Both the position numbers and the translations under genes were made by a program. DNA of 63,489 nucleotides, the filler included, from Octopus bimaculoides (taxonomy: Eukaryota): the NCBI RefSeq assembly GCF_001194135.2. It is 4 parts of 4 records of this genome, joined end to end, with 100 filler letters (N's around TTAATTAATTAA, not from the genome) between each part and the next. Parts side by side here need not be neighbours in the genome. Positions count along the whole stretch, not along the records: positions 26,796 to 49,915 come from NC_069000.1; positions 50,016 to 62,370 come from NC_068991.1; 2 more parts are not named here. One strand, 5' to 3'. Position 1 is the stretch's first letter. Each line of letters starts with the position of its first letter. Of this stretch, positions 47,351 through 60,485 are shown piece after piece. The notes under the pieces were generated by a model. It did no database searches. It was not told the origin of the DNA and saw nothing but the letters and a program-made list of their open reading frames with translations.

Positions 47351-47905
47351 ATTACATTTCCTCTAATGTATTGAATTAGTTACGGAACACACGCACATAC
47401 AACGTACTAATTTGATAAGAATCTAGAAAAGAGCTAAACAAGCATTGAAAGAAGACTCAACCAGACATATACATGTAAGCATATGTGTATATATACGTGT
47501 ATATGTATGTTTGTGCGTGTGTGTGTGTTTTCAAATGTATGTATACTTCTATATGCATATATATATATATACATATATAGATGCACATACTCTCTTATAT
47601 GCATATGGATGTATATATGTTTTGTATGTGTGTGCATATGATCAATATTTTAATATATGTGCATAAATACAAATCTGTTTAATAGTAATTTGTAAGGATA
47701 TTTTTTGTTATATATTTTATTAATATATAATGTGTTTATCGGTTCGTGTCTTGGAACAATATAAGACATTATAATTAAACAAGACACACATACTAGCACA
47801 CACACACTCGCTCAAACGCTTCTAAATATTTGTGCGTGTACATGTGTACTTATATGTATACATGTATCTGTCTATCTTCTTTCTCTCTCTCCCTCACTCC
47901 CTTAC

Positions 47906-47956
<51 letters not shown>

Positions 47957-48292
47957 NNNNNNNNNNNNNNNNNNNNNNNNNNNNNNNNNNNNNNNNNNNN
48001 NNNNNNNNNNNNNNNNNNNNNNNNNNNNNNNNNNNNNNNNNNNNNNNNNNNNNNNNNNNNNNNNNNNNNNNNNNNNNNNNNNNNNNNNNNNNNNNNNNNN
48101 NNNNNNNNNNNNNNNNNNNNNNNNNNNNNNNNNNNNNNNNNNNNNNNNNNNNNNNNNNNNNNNNNNNNNNNNNNNNNNNNNNNNNNNNNNNNNNNNNNNN
48201 NNNNNNNNNNNNNNNNNNNNNNNNNNNNNNNNNNNNNNNNNNNNNNNNNNNNNNNNNNNNNNNNNNNNNNNNNNNNNNNNNNNNNNNNNNNN

Positions 48293-48323
<31 letters not shown>

Positions 48324-49257
48324 TAGATAGATAGATAGATATCGTCTAACTCACCAGAAATCTTATATGTACCTGAGTATGTATACAGAATATTCTAAAG
48401 TCTCTATGTGAACGTCTGTGTATTATTGTTAATTAGCCACAATACACACACACATGCACAAGAATGCACACACTCCCACACACACGCACACACTCACACA
48501 TCTGCACACATACTCAAATATGTGAAAGCTAACAAATACCATATTAATATGAATAGTTATACAAAATTTAACATCCCCTTTCTAATAATATACACCATAT
48601 TCTATTTAATACTCTAAACCATTGTATCAGTTTTAAAGAATTGTAATATATTTTTGCTGCATTAGCCATTCTGTTATTCTGTTATTCTCTTCTTTTTTTC
48701 CTTCCTTTTACTTCTTTTTTGATGTTTGCTGTTTCTCTCTAAATTGGTAGGTTTTAAAATTTGTCTTTGTTCTTGTCTGTTTTTGCCATTTCGTTATGAA
48801 TTTGCATTTTTTTTTCCTTCGTTTGCTTGATGTATTTTATACTATTGTACGGTAACGCATTGTTAGGCGTACGTATGGTTAATTGTTGCTATCTTACTGC
48901 AGATTTTAACCTGCTAGAAATGTCAAATCGAACATTAATCATATCGCTGTCTCTTATTTTAATAATAAGCATTCTTATGAGAAGTGTACTTGTAATATAG
49001 AATTACACAGGCTATGTCAGATAGAATATTCCCCGATGATCATGTTTTATTTGGTCTATGTATCCATCTTGGGGTTGGCCGTCATTTTGAGAACTCTCAT
49101 TCGCAGTCAAGAAGGTCACCTTTTGATGTCAATGAATGATACATCAGGTGTCTTCCACCATAATACGTACTCAAATGTTACTTCAGTTTCCAAACGAACT
49201 ATGGCTTCTATCCGGGTGGTTTGATGTATCTGCTTGTATATGTTTGTATAAATGTAT

Positions 49258-49355
<98 letters not shown>

Positions 49356-49915
49356 GTCTATGTGTATGTATATACATATGTATATATGTGTGTGTACTTA
49401 TGTATATCTAGATAGATAGATAGATAGACTGTAGTGGGCATTCGATGATAGTCTCCATCTCAATATAACTTCGAACTATTCTCTACCTCCAATGAGCGTA
49501 GCACAATTGACATGGGTGATATGCAGTCCATTTCAGTGAGGACGCGCAGGAAAAAGGATTGAAATATTGCCCCAACCACTATAAGCATCATCGAAATTAT
49601 CGCTTCATTCCATAAGTGTCCGCAATGTCGGTAGCTGAGTGGTAGCAATGTCGTAATCGCTTATGTTGATTTTTACATAAATATTTGTGAACGGAAGTGT
49701 GTGTGCACGCGTGTATGTGCAATCTAAGCAGTAAAGATTTCGGTTAAAAAAAAACCAACGTTGTGTATTTAAACCTGGTCACGTGAAGTGACTCCATATT
49801 AGCTTAGTCTTATTCTTTCGACCATTAGGAAATCAATATATTAGTGTCCTTAAAATTATTCAAGCTGCTAATTTAACATATCCGTAGTTCGAGTGTGTGA
49901 AACAAGTGAAGGAAT

Positions 49916-50015
49916 NNNNNNNNNNNNNNNNNNNNNNNNNNNNNNNNNNNNNNNNNNNNTTAATTAATTAANNNNNNNNNNNNNNNNNNNNNNNNNNNNN
50001 NNNNNNNNNNNNNNN
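49916..50015. other. Artificial scaffold-join linker
   Basis: N44-TTAATTAATTAA-N44. Confidence 0.95.
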
Positions 50016-50225
50016 GTGGTGAGAAAGTTGGGGTGGGAGCGATGAATTGAGATATCTCATCAGATAACTTGGCTGGATAACTGACGAGATAGATTCGTTC
50101 TACGAACCAACGAAACTTTAAGTTGCACGGAGCTGAGTCAAACTGATGTTAAGTAATATACGTAACACCTTCGAAATATGTGGAGCATCACTTTCTCTCG
50201 TGTATCCACTCATTCGCTTATGTGT

Positions 50226-50278
<53 letters not shown>

Positions 50279-50660
50279 TACATAGCGAGAGAAGGAGGGA
50301 GAGAAAGACAGAAACAGCAAGAATCGTACAATCGAAAGAAAAGCGGAAGCAACATAGGTCGTGAAGTTTAAATATTTGTACATTTGTACATTGAAGATTC
50401 ACTGGCGCACTCCGTTATATCTGATCGTTCGGATAATTAATTCTGAATAATAGGGAGGCCTGTATTACTTTTTGCCGATGTAGAACATTACTAGTTTCTT
50501 CGGGGTCTAATATTTTACAATTATATACGTTTACGTGCGTACGTATGAACAGATGTATATCCATGCATACACGCATACAGAAAGACACACACACATACAT
50601 ATATTTATATAAAAGCAGATTGATGGATAGCTAGATAGATAGCTAGCTAGATAGATAGAC

Positions 50661-50726
<66 letters not shown>

Positions 50727-51691
50727 GGTACGGGGAAAAGAGAAAAAGTGCACTCAACAGGTATCTTGGAGTTTAGATATGTGCATATTTATATATTTGT
50801 AGTTTCACTCGGAAATATATTTGTTGAGGTTTCAGAGGCACAGAATACGATATCCGATTATTTGGGCGCTTAATTCCAAGTGATTCGGCGGCCACAATTT
50901 CCAAACAAAGCTGACAGGCATTGAATACGGAGTGAGTCTCATTTTTATTTCTCAGTATGGTTCACGTGATAGAACCGGTATTTTGCTGGTTGGAGGCAAC
51001 TCAACCACATTTAGCAGGCGTATTCTCACTTGCATTCTTTAGGAATCCCTATGGACAGTAATGATTTACAATTATTCAATAGGGATCTACATGGTGACCC
51101 TTATTCTACTTCATGGTTTCCCGCGTAACAACAAACAAAGGAATTCAAGCGATGATTCATTTAGCATGTACTTACCTTGAGGCCGAGGGACAGAGATAAC
51201 TTCACCAACTCTACTCTTTTATCATCTTATACTAGGGAAAATGTTCCCACAATATATCCTGAAACATATTACTACGGATCGGTTGGCTATCGTCCTGGCC
51301 TCTCCGAGTAGTTGCACTTATTGCATTAACTTAGATCTCTGCTGCCAATTTTTTTAATTTTTAACTAATGAGCATCTTTTGATGAACTTCAATGTAACTT
51401 CTAAGTTTTCTTAAGTTTTGTAAAAAAAGCAATGAATCTACTTCTGCCCATTATGTTTTAAGTAACTCCTCTTCAATAACAGTAACCAGTCGCTAAGGGA
51501 CAGATTCGAGGAGAGGATCTATTGCGGCCAATGAGAACCACTTCACTTACCAAATAATAATAAGTAATCCTATTTAGTATCTCTGCAAACTAATTCAGTC
51601 AGCGTCCCCAAGGTCAGCTTTTACTATATTTCTGTTTTGATATCTACAAAATTCAAAATTTCAACTAATCCATTTTTGAGAGAAACTGGTG

Positions 51692-51755
<64 letters not shown>

Positions 51756-52027
51756 GAAATGGATAGCCTACTTTGTTGATAGGTTTATAAGCCTGTCTCC
51801 CATATAAGGTATTGCTATGGCTTGTACATTCACTCTCTGGTGGTAACCGAGGTGAGAGAGTCAGACAATATATTCGTTTTGAGCAAAATCTTAAATGTTA
51901 AATTTGTGATCTTAATTTTTATTCACCTGAAGAAAACAGTTTTTTCATGATGTAATTGATTAGTTCATCAATAAAAAGCGCGCCTGAAACAGCTGTAGTG
52001 GAGCTCAACCCATTTGTGTTCTTGCAT

Positions 52028-52080
<53 letters not shown>

Positions 52081-53494
52081 GTGTGTGCGTGTATGTGTGC
52101 GTGTGTGTGTTTGTTTGTGACAGTACATGCATTCCGTTATTTTCCAAACATTTGTGAAAAACTTGTCAGGTCAGAGGGGGATATCATTGTGAACAACNNN
52201 NNNNNNNNNNNNNNNNNNNNNNNNNNNNNNNNNNNNNNNNNNNNNNNNNNNNNNNNNNNNNNNNNNNNNNNNNNNNNNNNNNNNNNNNNNNNNNNNNNNN
52301 NNNNNNNNNNNNNNNNNNNNNNNNNNNNNNNNNNNNNNNNNNNNNNNNNNNNNNNNNNNNNNNNNNNNNNNNNNNNNNNNNNNNNNNNNNNNNNNNNNNN
52401 NNNNNNNNNNNNNNNNNNNNNNNNNNNNNNNNNNNNNNNNNNNNNNNNNNNNNNNNNNNNNNNNNNNNNNNNNNNNNNNNNNNNNNNNNNNNNNNNNNNN
52501 NNNNNNNNNNNNNNNNNNNNNNNNNNNNNNNNNNNNNNNNNNNNNNNNNNNNNNNNNNNNNNNNNNNNNNNNNNNNNNNNNNNNNNNNNNNNNNNNNNNN
52601 NNNNNNNNNNNNNNNNNNNNNNNNNNNNNNNNNNNNNNNNNNNNNNNNNNNNNNNNNNNNNNNNNNNNNNNNNNNNNNNNNNNNNNNNNNNNNNNNNNNN
52701 NNNNNNNNNNNNNNNNNNNNNNNNNNNNNNNNNNNNNNNNNNNNNNNNNNNNNNNNNNNNNNNNNNNNNNNNNNNNNNNNNNNNNNNNNNNNNNNNNNNN
52801 NNNNNNNNNNNNNNNNNNNNNNNNNNNNNNNNNNNNNNNNNNNNNNNNNNNNNNNNNNNNNNNNNNNNNNNNNNNNNNNNNNNNNNNNNNNNNNNNNNNN
52901 NNNNNNNNNNNNNNNNNNNNNNNNNNNNNNNNNNNNNNNNNNNNNNNNNNNNNNNNNNNNNNNNNNNNNNNNNNNNNNNNNNNNNNNNNNATATATATAT
53001 ATATATATACATATATGTACATAATATGTATATGTTGTCGGTAGTGGGTGTAGGGGATGTTAGTCAATATTACTTAGCAGCATATTACAAGAGCCAACTT
53101 CCTGGGTGTGGTCACTTTTGGAAATTGTATAACTCACATGGGAAATTATATATATTCACAGTTGAAGATTATATATTTCTTGTTTTGTATTATTGTGTGT
53201 TGTTCTTTTTATTTTAGCGGTGTGATGGCGCGAGAGGTTTTTGTCACCCCCCCACTTCTTTCTTTCCCTTAGTTGTCTTTATTTCTTTATTTGTTTACTT
53301 ATTTATTTATTGTTTACTTATATATTTACTGATATCATTTGATGTTTCCGCTGTGTAGGTTTGGAGTTCATTGTTTTTAATTATATTATTCCTTTTAGGT
53401 AATTCTTCTTTTTAAATTATATCTTCCTATTTTTGTTTCGTTTTTCATTTCTTTCTTCTTTTTTGTTACTCTGATTCTTTTTCTTCTACCCCCG

Positions 53495-53555
<61 letters not shown>

Positions 53556-53569
53556 ACATCATCATCATT

Positions 53570-54330
53570 GGGGAAACTCTAGGCTTTGTCAAAGACGAAC
53601 TAGCTGGTTTGTTTTGAAGAACTTTCCGGCTTGGGAGTACCGTGGAGAACTTCCAAAGATTCTTTGTCTTGCAGTACTATCCAGGAGCATAACCGATTTG
53701 AGACGGACCCAGCAAGAACGGAAGTGACGGCGGGCAGGACTGTCCGAGATACGTATAAAGTGGCGAAACCGTATTGCAAGCAAGCACTTGTGCAGTGTCC
53801 GAGCCTTGTTGAGTTGTGCAATCCAGCTATCGGCTGTGTCCATCATAAGAATAGTTACATCATCCGCCTTTTTCAAAAGTGAGGCAAGCGTTGGTAAATG
53901 CAGTTGTTCCTATGGCTAGTGATTATGGCGAAAGAGTGTGTGGCAGACGAGGCTGAAATAATTGAGGACAGATGCTTTTTTCCTTGGTCAAGTCATCTTT
54001 GACTTTTTAAAGTCTCACTTGAAAAAGACTGTGTGGGTGGAGAAGGGAGTGTTCCCTCCCAACGAATTTGTCAAAAAGTGGTGACTGGCGAAAATGGGTA
54101 GGGTGAATGCACACGCCTTTGATCTGTGAAGCTCCTCGATTGGCTCTAATTGAAGAATATCGTATAACAGGACTGCATCGTAGATGTATTCACATATTTT
54201 CTATACTTTTATCTTACTTCTCCCTCCTCTCCCTTTCTTTCCCTCATTATTTTTATGTAAATTACATCATAAATTGTAAACTGTTCATGTAATGTCTCCT
54301 TCATTTGAAGCCCGTGTGGCAAATAAAAGA
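53570..54330 (+). mobile_element. Degenerate 3' fragment of an L1/Tx1-like LINE
   Basis: Stop- and frameshift-ridden translation with a zinc-finger remnant (DCPRY...ETVLQALVQCP) and a C-terminus DFLKSHLKKTVWVEK...EFVKKW; homologous to 57020-57470. Confidence 0.65.
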
Positions 54331-54348
54331 AATCATCATCATCATCAC

Positions 54349-54400
<52 letters not shown>

Positions 54401-54404
54401 TTCC

Positions 54405-54575
54405 GTGCTTAGCGATATTTTCGTCTGTCTTTACGGTCTGAGTTCATATTCTGCCGAGGTCGACTTTGCCTTTCATCCTTTCAGGGTCGATAAAATAAGT
54501 ACCAGTTCAGCAGTGGGGTCAATATAATAGACTTACTCCTACCTCCGAACTTGCTAGCCTGGTGCCAAAATTTGA
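54405..54575 (+). mobile_element. SINE family D
   Basis: GCCGAGGTCGACTTTGCCTTTCATCCTTTCAGGGTCGATAAAATAAGTACCAG. Confidence 0.8.
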
Positions 54576-54911
54576 AATCATTATTATTAGCAGTAATGTT
54601 TTATCTTAATCTCCGAGTCAACAAAAACACGAAGTTTTACCATTGTTTTTAGTCTTATATTACCTTTGTTAGTTCCATTGGTCTTGGTTGTTAAATGAAA
54701 TTAAAAAGAACATTGCGAAAAACTTTCAAAATGTAAATATGGAGGCAATATGGCAAATGAAGACAAAGTAAGGTAGAAGCTGTTGTCTTTGAAACATTCC
54801 TTTCATGAAAGTAATGTCTCCCTCACGTTTCTCAGCTATCAATGCATCTACATTCATCACTACCACCAGTAATACTGCCGTTAATAAGGAAAAAGAAGTA
54901 TTGGTAGCAAC

Positions 54912-54969
54912 AACAGTGACCTTCCAAACAGTGACCTTCCAAACAGTGACCTTCCAAACAGTACCTTCT
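54912..54969. repeat. 15-bp tandem repeat (AACAGTGACCTTCCA) x ~3.7
   Basis: Directly visible. Confidence 0.85.
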
Positions 54970-54973
54970 ATAG

Positions 54974-55628
54974 CAATGTTTCTCAATCATTTTTTTTACC
55001 TTTGATTCCTATATTACGCTTCTGATTCCTATTTTACTCGGATGGACTCACGTAGCCATTTGATGTTGAAAAAATTCTATTGTATCTTTCTTATTAGATA
55101 TTATTGGAAATTATATTTAAAAAATTGCCAGTGGCTATGTGGTAAGTAACTTGCTTACCAACCACATGGTTCTGGGTTCATTCCCACTGCGTGGCATCTT
55201 GGGCAAGTGTCTTCTACTATAGCCTCGGGGGGACCAAAGTTTGTGAGTGGATTTGGTAGACGGAAACTGAAAAAAGGCTGTCGTATATGTGTATATATGT
55301 ATATATCTATGTGTGTGTATATGTTTGTGTGTCTGTGTTTGTCCCCCCAACATCGCTTGACAACCGATGGTGGTGTGTTTACGTCTCCGTAACTTAGCGG
55401 TTCGGCAAAAGACACCGATAGAATAAGTACTAGGCTTCCAAAGAATAAGTCCTGGGGTCGATTTATTCGACTAAAGGTGGTACCCCAGCATGGCCACAGT
55501 CAAATGACTGAACCAAGTAAAAGAGAGTAAAAGAGTAAAAATTTTTTTGAATTGTAGGAGTATAATCAATTTATTGCACATAGATTTTAACAACAAAATC
55601 TTATGTGGACCCCGTTTGAGAACCACTG
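54974..55628. mobile_element. hAT (Charlie-like) MITE containing a nested SINE
   Basis: Ends CAATGTTTCTCAA / TTTGAGAACCACTG; 8-bp TSD TTCTATAG / ATCTATAG (7/8 match). Confidence 0.7.
55129..55538 (+). mobile_element. Near-full-length SINE family A
   Basis: Gap-free copy: head GTGGTAAGTAACTTGC...GGTTCATTCCC, CORE-like CTTGGGCAAGTGTC, internal microsatellite, (AAAAGAG)n tail. Confidence 0.85.
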
Positions 55629-55859
55629 ATCTATAGCAACACTGGCAGTAAAGGAAGCATGACTAAAAGAACAAACGAAAAAAAAAAGCAAAAAAAATAG
55701 TGAGAGCGGCATCAGAAGTGACACAACCAGCAATAATGGCGACTGCAATAACAACACAGAATGCAAAGAGGAACAACAATAACAGTAATGTTACCATCTC
55801 AAGAATACATTGGTCGATGTTCCGAAATAGATGGTACAGAAACAGTTGAAGGCACAATT

Positions 55860-57660
55860 CAAGGAATCCTCTTTGCTAGCTCGAAAGCAGTGTTGCAGCT
55901 CACTGGCCACATGCCACTAGACAGGTTGTCACCAGCGTAACCAGTGTTTCCGAAACAGAGACACTTGTGTCCATCTTCAAAGAACACATTTGTTGTGGTT
56001 GGCCACTTTCGGGTCACAGAGTGGCAATGTTGTCTCGGAAATCTTTTGTTCTCGAGGATCGGACCATCTCCCTGAACTCGGTCGATAAATCTGCAGTGAG
56101 TGATATGTACAGTAGTGAAGGCAACGTATTCAGACTAATGGCTGTTTATACTCTAACCGGGGCAGAACGATCGGATTTCTTCGGATGCCGACAAGCATCC
56201 ATACAAACGTATCTTTCGTTAGTTCTAGTGGGAGAGACCGGATTGGAATTTAGCAGGCACACTCGGATTGTGTAGGGATAATTGATAACAAAGAGGGATG
56301 TAAAAGCCTGGCAAACCAGCTCAGATAGTTCCAGCTGTTTAACCGGTACCGACTTGTTTTTCCGAAAGCATCAGTTTGAACAAGATTGAACCGTATCAGA
56401 TCAATGAGACCGTATATAGTTGGAATATTTGTTACATGAGCAGATAGAGATAACGTTGGCTGTTCAAACTTTCAACCGGTTGGTTACACAAAACACACAA
56501 TTGTAATCTACACAATCGATAGATATACGACGCAAAGACAGAGACCAAGTTATTGGAACACGTCATTTCCTGCATGCATACTAAAACGATCTAGCGAATC
56601 AGTTAAGCGACAGTTGTCAAAGGTGATCAACAACTAATAGTGGACTGCTCTGAACAGCGCAGAAACAATACAACTTAACAAAACAACTATAAAAACAGAA
56701 AAACAGATTAGTAAGAGCGCTAGTGAGTAAATGAGAAGTGATTTTAAAACGGCATCATGACCGACATGCTATCAGCGAGAATGGCCTTTGACCATTTCTT
56801 CCACGATAATGATGAACATTGCGGTGTCAGACGGCTATGAAGGTGCAAAAGCTATTCTATAGTCGCATGTATGGAGACAAGGCGTAGAATAAAAAGAAAC
56901 AATTCGGATTTTAACTGATCAGGATGGGTGCATGCTACCTGATTTCATGCTTGTAGTGCATTTTACTCAACCTTTCAATAGATGATAACGGTGGGTAAGA
57001 AGCGAAGAACATCCCGGTGTCGACGATAATCACTTTGTTGATGTGTTTCGGATGGCTTTTCGGGAATAGATGGATAATTTCCCGAATGCTTTGGTCAAGC
57101 AGTAACAGTGAAGAGTATAGCTAGTTTGAGGTAAGTTGTATGTGTGCGGAAGTGTCGTCTACGGGATCCTTTCTAAATGCACACAGAATGATGGGAGCGT
57201 TCTACACACACTCGTCGCCTTTCTGTTTGTCGAGAACAGCAAGTAGCCATCCTCTGTCTGGTGATTGTGACTGAATGTGTTGCGAGTTGTATTCGGTTGA
57301 AAGGCTTGAAGACATACACTTTCCTCATAGGCAAAGCCCTCATCGGCTTTTTCAACTTTCACTTTCAGCAGAGCGTGCAGCTGGATCTGGAGAGTTAAGT
57401 GCTGCCTCGAGTAAATTCGTTGCAAACTGTGAGAGTGGTGAGCATGACCCAATTGAATGGGTCTACTCTTAGCATGCGTCTGTAAACAAAAGATCACAGT
57501 TCGAAGAGAACACTTATACTTGGTAATCAAGATTATCCCAGAGGCATGGGCTTTTTTTTTACTGGCTTTATGTGGATACTCCCTTCATTGGGGAATATAT
57601 CATTGTTGCTAATTTTATTGTTACCTGTATTTTCTTTACTTGATGCAAATCCTCACTCTT
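55860..57660 (+). mobile_element. Degenerate, internally deleted L1/Tx1-like LINE (APE endonuclease + linker + C-terminus, no RT)
   Basis: Remnant APE motifs SET, RVAML, FRLMAVYT, LVLVGE, DCVG and PSYWNTS; C-terminal GKALIGFFNFHF; many stops and frameshifts. Confidence 0.65.
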
Positions 57661-58067
57661 CCGTTTCCTGTTTCTTGTACTGTCTCCAATTTCTTGAACC
57701 ACTGTAGTCAAATAACTCTTTCTGCCTTATGCACAAGACCTGATATTTGTGGAGAGGGGGGTGGCTAGTCGATTATAACAGCCCCAGTGTTCATCTGATA
57801 CTTATATCATCGGCCTTCGAAAGATAAGATTGACCTTGGTGGAATTTGGACACAGAATGCAATTATGCGCTACTGACCTGATCAGACGCATTTTCAAACC
57901 GCGTATTAAAACACTGGATTTTAACACGTGCAATGATTTGGGACAGTATATTTTTAATATATTCGCACACAAATAGTGTTCAGACAACTTTTTTTTTTTT
58001 TACAAATTATATTTCTGTTTATTTGTTTACATATACATTCAAAATGTCTACGAAATATAACAGCCAC

Positions 58068-58109
<42 letters not shown>

Positions 58110-58305
58110 NNNNNNNNNNNNNNNNNNNNNNNNNNNNNNNNNNNNNNNNNNNNNNNNNNNNNNNNNNNNNNNNNNNNNNNNNNNNNNNNNNNNNNNNNNN
58201 NNNNNNNNNNNNNNNNNNNNNNNNNNNNNNNNNNNNNNNNNNNNNNNNNNNNNNNNNNNNNNNNNNNNNNNNNNNNNNNNNNNNNNNNNNNNNNNNNNNN
58301 NNNNN

Positions 58306-58337
<32 letters not shown>

Positions 58338-59067
58338 CTCTCTCTCAAAAGAAAAAACAAAAAAAAAAACGAAAAGAAAGACCCATTCAAAATCAAAACT
58401 ATCACATACAGAAGAAACAAAAAGGAAAATGAACAAGTAAATATTTATACAACAATATTGTGCATAATGAGAAATGGCGGGGGGTTTCGGTTATCTCAGA
58501 ACAGCAGCTGGAAGAGCTCTATTCTATTTGTGAAGGCGACAATTGGTATCCAGCATTGCAAGACCTAAAAGCTGTCGACCTAGTGTTTAAAACCGAAGAC
58601 ACAGCGAGGGTGTATGTGGAGATTTTGAAATACACACCCACCCTACATTCGTATCCCAATATTTCAACGAAGCTAAATCTAAAGATGATTATTATGAACA
58701 TAGGCCATGACATTGGTTCTTAACAGCTTTTTGTTACTTTTGTATCACAGTGCGTGAGGCGGGTTAATGTAGCAGTAACAAGGATGCGCAATGAGAAGTT
58801 TCAGGATTCGTCTACCTTTCCTAATGAACTTTAAAAGGCTACAGAGCCACATTGGATCTGTGTCCAGACGAGTGACTAAAAACAAAGGGCAATTTTTCAG
58901 TCTGAAGCAAAGAGAAATGATGCAAATGAAAGGAATCGAATATCGAATTAATTTTGTTTTATTTTATGGATTATCTATCTCTGTATGTATGTATGTATGT
59001 ATGTATGTATGTATGTATGTATATATGTATGTATGTATGTATCTATCTATCTAACTATCTAGCTAGC

Positions 59068-59147
<80 letters not shown>

Positions 59148-59182
59148 CAGATAGATATATGTATATATGTGTGTGTGAGAGC

Positions 59183-59268
<86 letters not shown>

Positions 59269-60304
59269 AAGAATAATAAGTTCGGTACGTATATTTGCTA
59301 GTACATCAAGGCCAGGTTATACTACTGTTGCAGAAATGGTTGGTTTTGATGCAATTAAAAAATCTATCAACTGATGTTTTAAATCCATAATTTAGACCAG
59401 CAAACTAGTGTTGAGAGCCTTTCCATACTAGCTAATGGTGTCGATTTCTTTGATGATTACATTCATTCTGATCTTCCACACATATATGGACACACTAACA
59501 CAAAGAGAGAGGGGGGTAGAGAGAAAGAGAGAGAGAGAAAAAACACTCTGGCATATACAAGGAAACATATTTACAAGCATAAATAAACGCATAGATATAG
59601 TTACCTAATATATAAGTATATTATAATTATATAGTATATACATGTCTGTGTGTCTGTGAACATGAATTTGATCATGTGTATTATTGATGTATGAATGTCC
59701 CTATATGAATTTTTATGGATGTTTACATACACCTTCAGTGGTTCAAATTGCATACACAAATCTAGGGACACTAGAGGTTGTCCGCATAACTATTGTGTTT
59801 ATTGACATTTTGGCGCTTTTAAGATTCTATGTCGTTAGAATTTTCGAAGTTTCGGACAAAGTACTTTTTCAGGAAATAGAGATTTTTTTCTTCATTTTTA
59901 GTTCGTGAGGGCGTAGACATAGTGGAGGATGGCAAGAAATGCCGGGTATTGGTGGTTCTTTCTGTAGGAAAAATGTATTTGGAGGTTGGAAAATATTGTG
60001 AAAAAAAAAAAAGAAAAGAATTTGGGAGAGACAATAAAAACTAAAAGAGAGAGAGATTTAGAACGAGAAAGAGTGGTTAGTAATGATCAATTAAAGAAAA
60101 AGGGCGGTTCAGTGACCACAAAAGTATGTTTGTCAGCAGTAACATTCACATATTTCTCACTGCACACATAAACACACATTCAGATAGCAGGAACATACAC
60201 GCACACATACATATATGAGGAAACTGTGATACCAGCATGGATGTTCTAACTTGCGCACACACATGCACAATAACATTTGATACGCTAAAGATGATAGAAA
60301 TTAA

Positions 60305-60485
60305 ATATTGGCTTCAAATTTGGCACAGGACGAGCAGTTTCTTTTTGTTTTTGTTTTTTTGTGGGGGTTTTTTTGCGGGGGGATGAAGAGGTCGATTTCA
60401 TCGACCCCAGTACTTGCCAGGTACTTATTTTATCGACCTCGAAAGGATGAAAGGCAAAGTCGACTTCGGCGGAATTTGAACGTTG
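60305..60485 (-). mobile_element. SINE family D
   Basis: GGCTTCAAATTTGGCACAGG...GAAAGGCAAAGTCGACTTCGGCGGAATTTGAAC. Confidence 0.75.

Noticed and set aside
49036-49648. Short ORFs with hydrophobic or protein-like composition (49036-49224 +, 49460-49648 -)
   Set aside because: No consistent splice signals or family motifs; cannot be told from chance.
54726-55005. ORFs with TVWKV / FQTVT repeats
   Set aside because: Produced by the 15-bp tandem repeat; non-coding.
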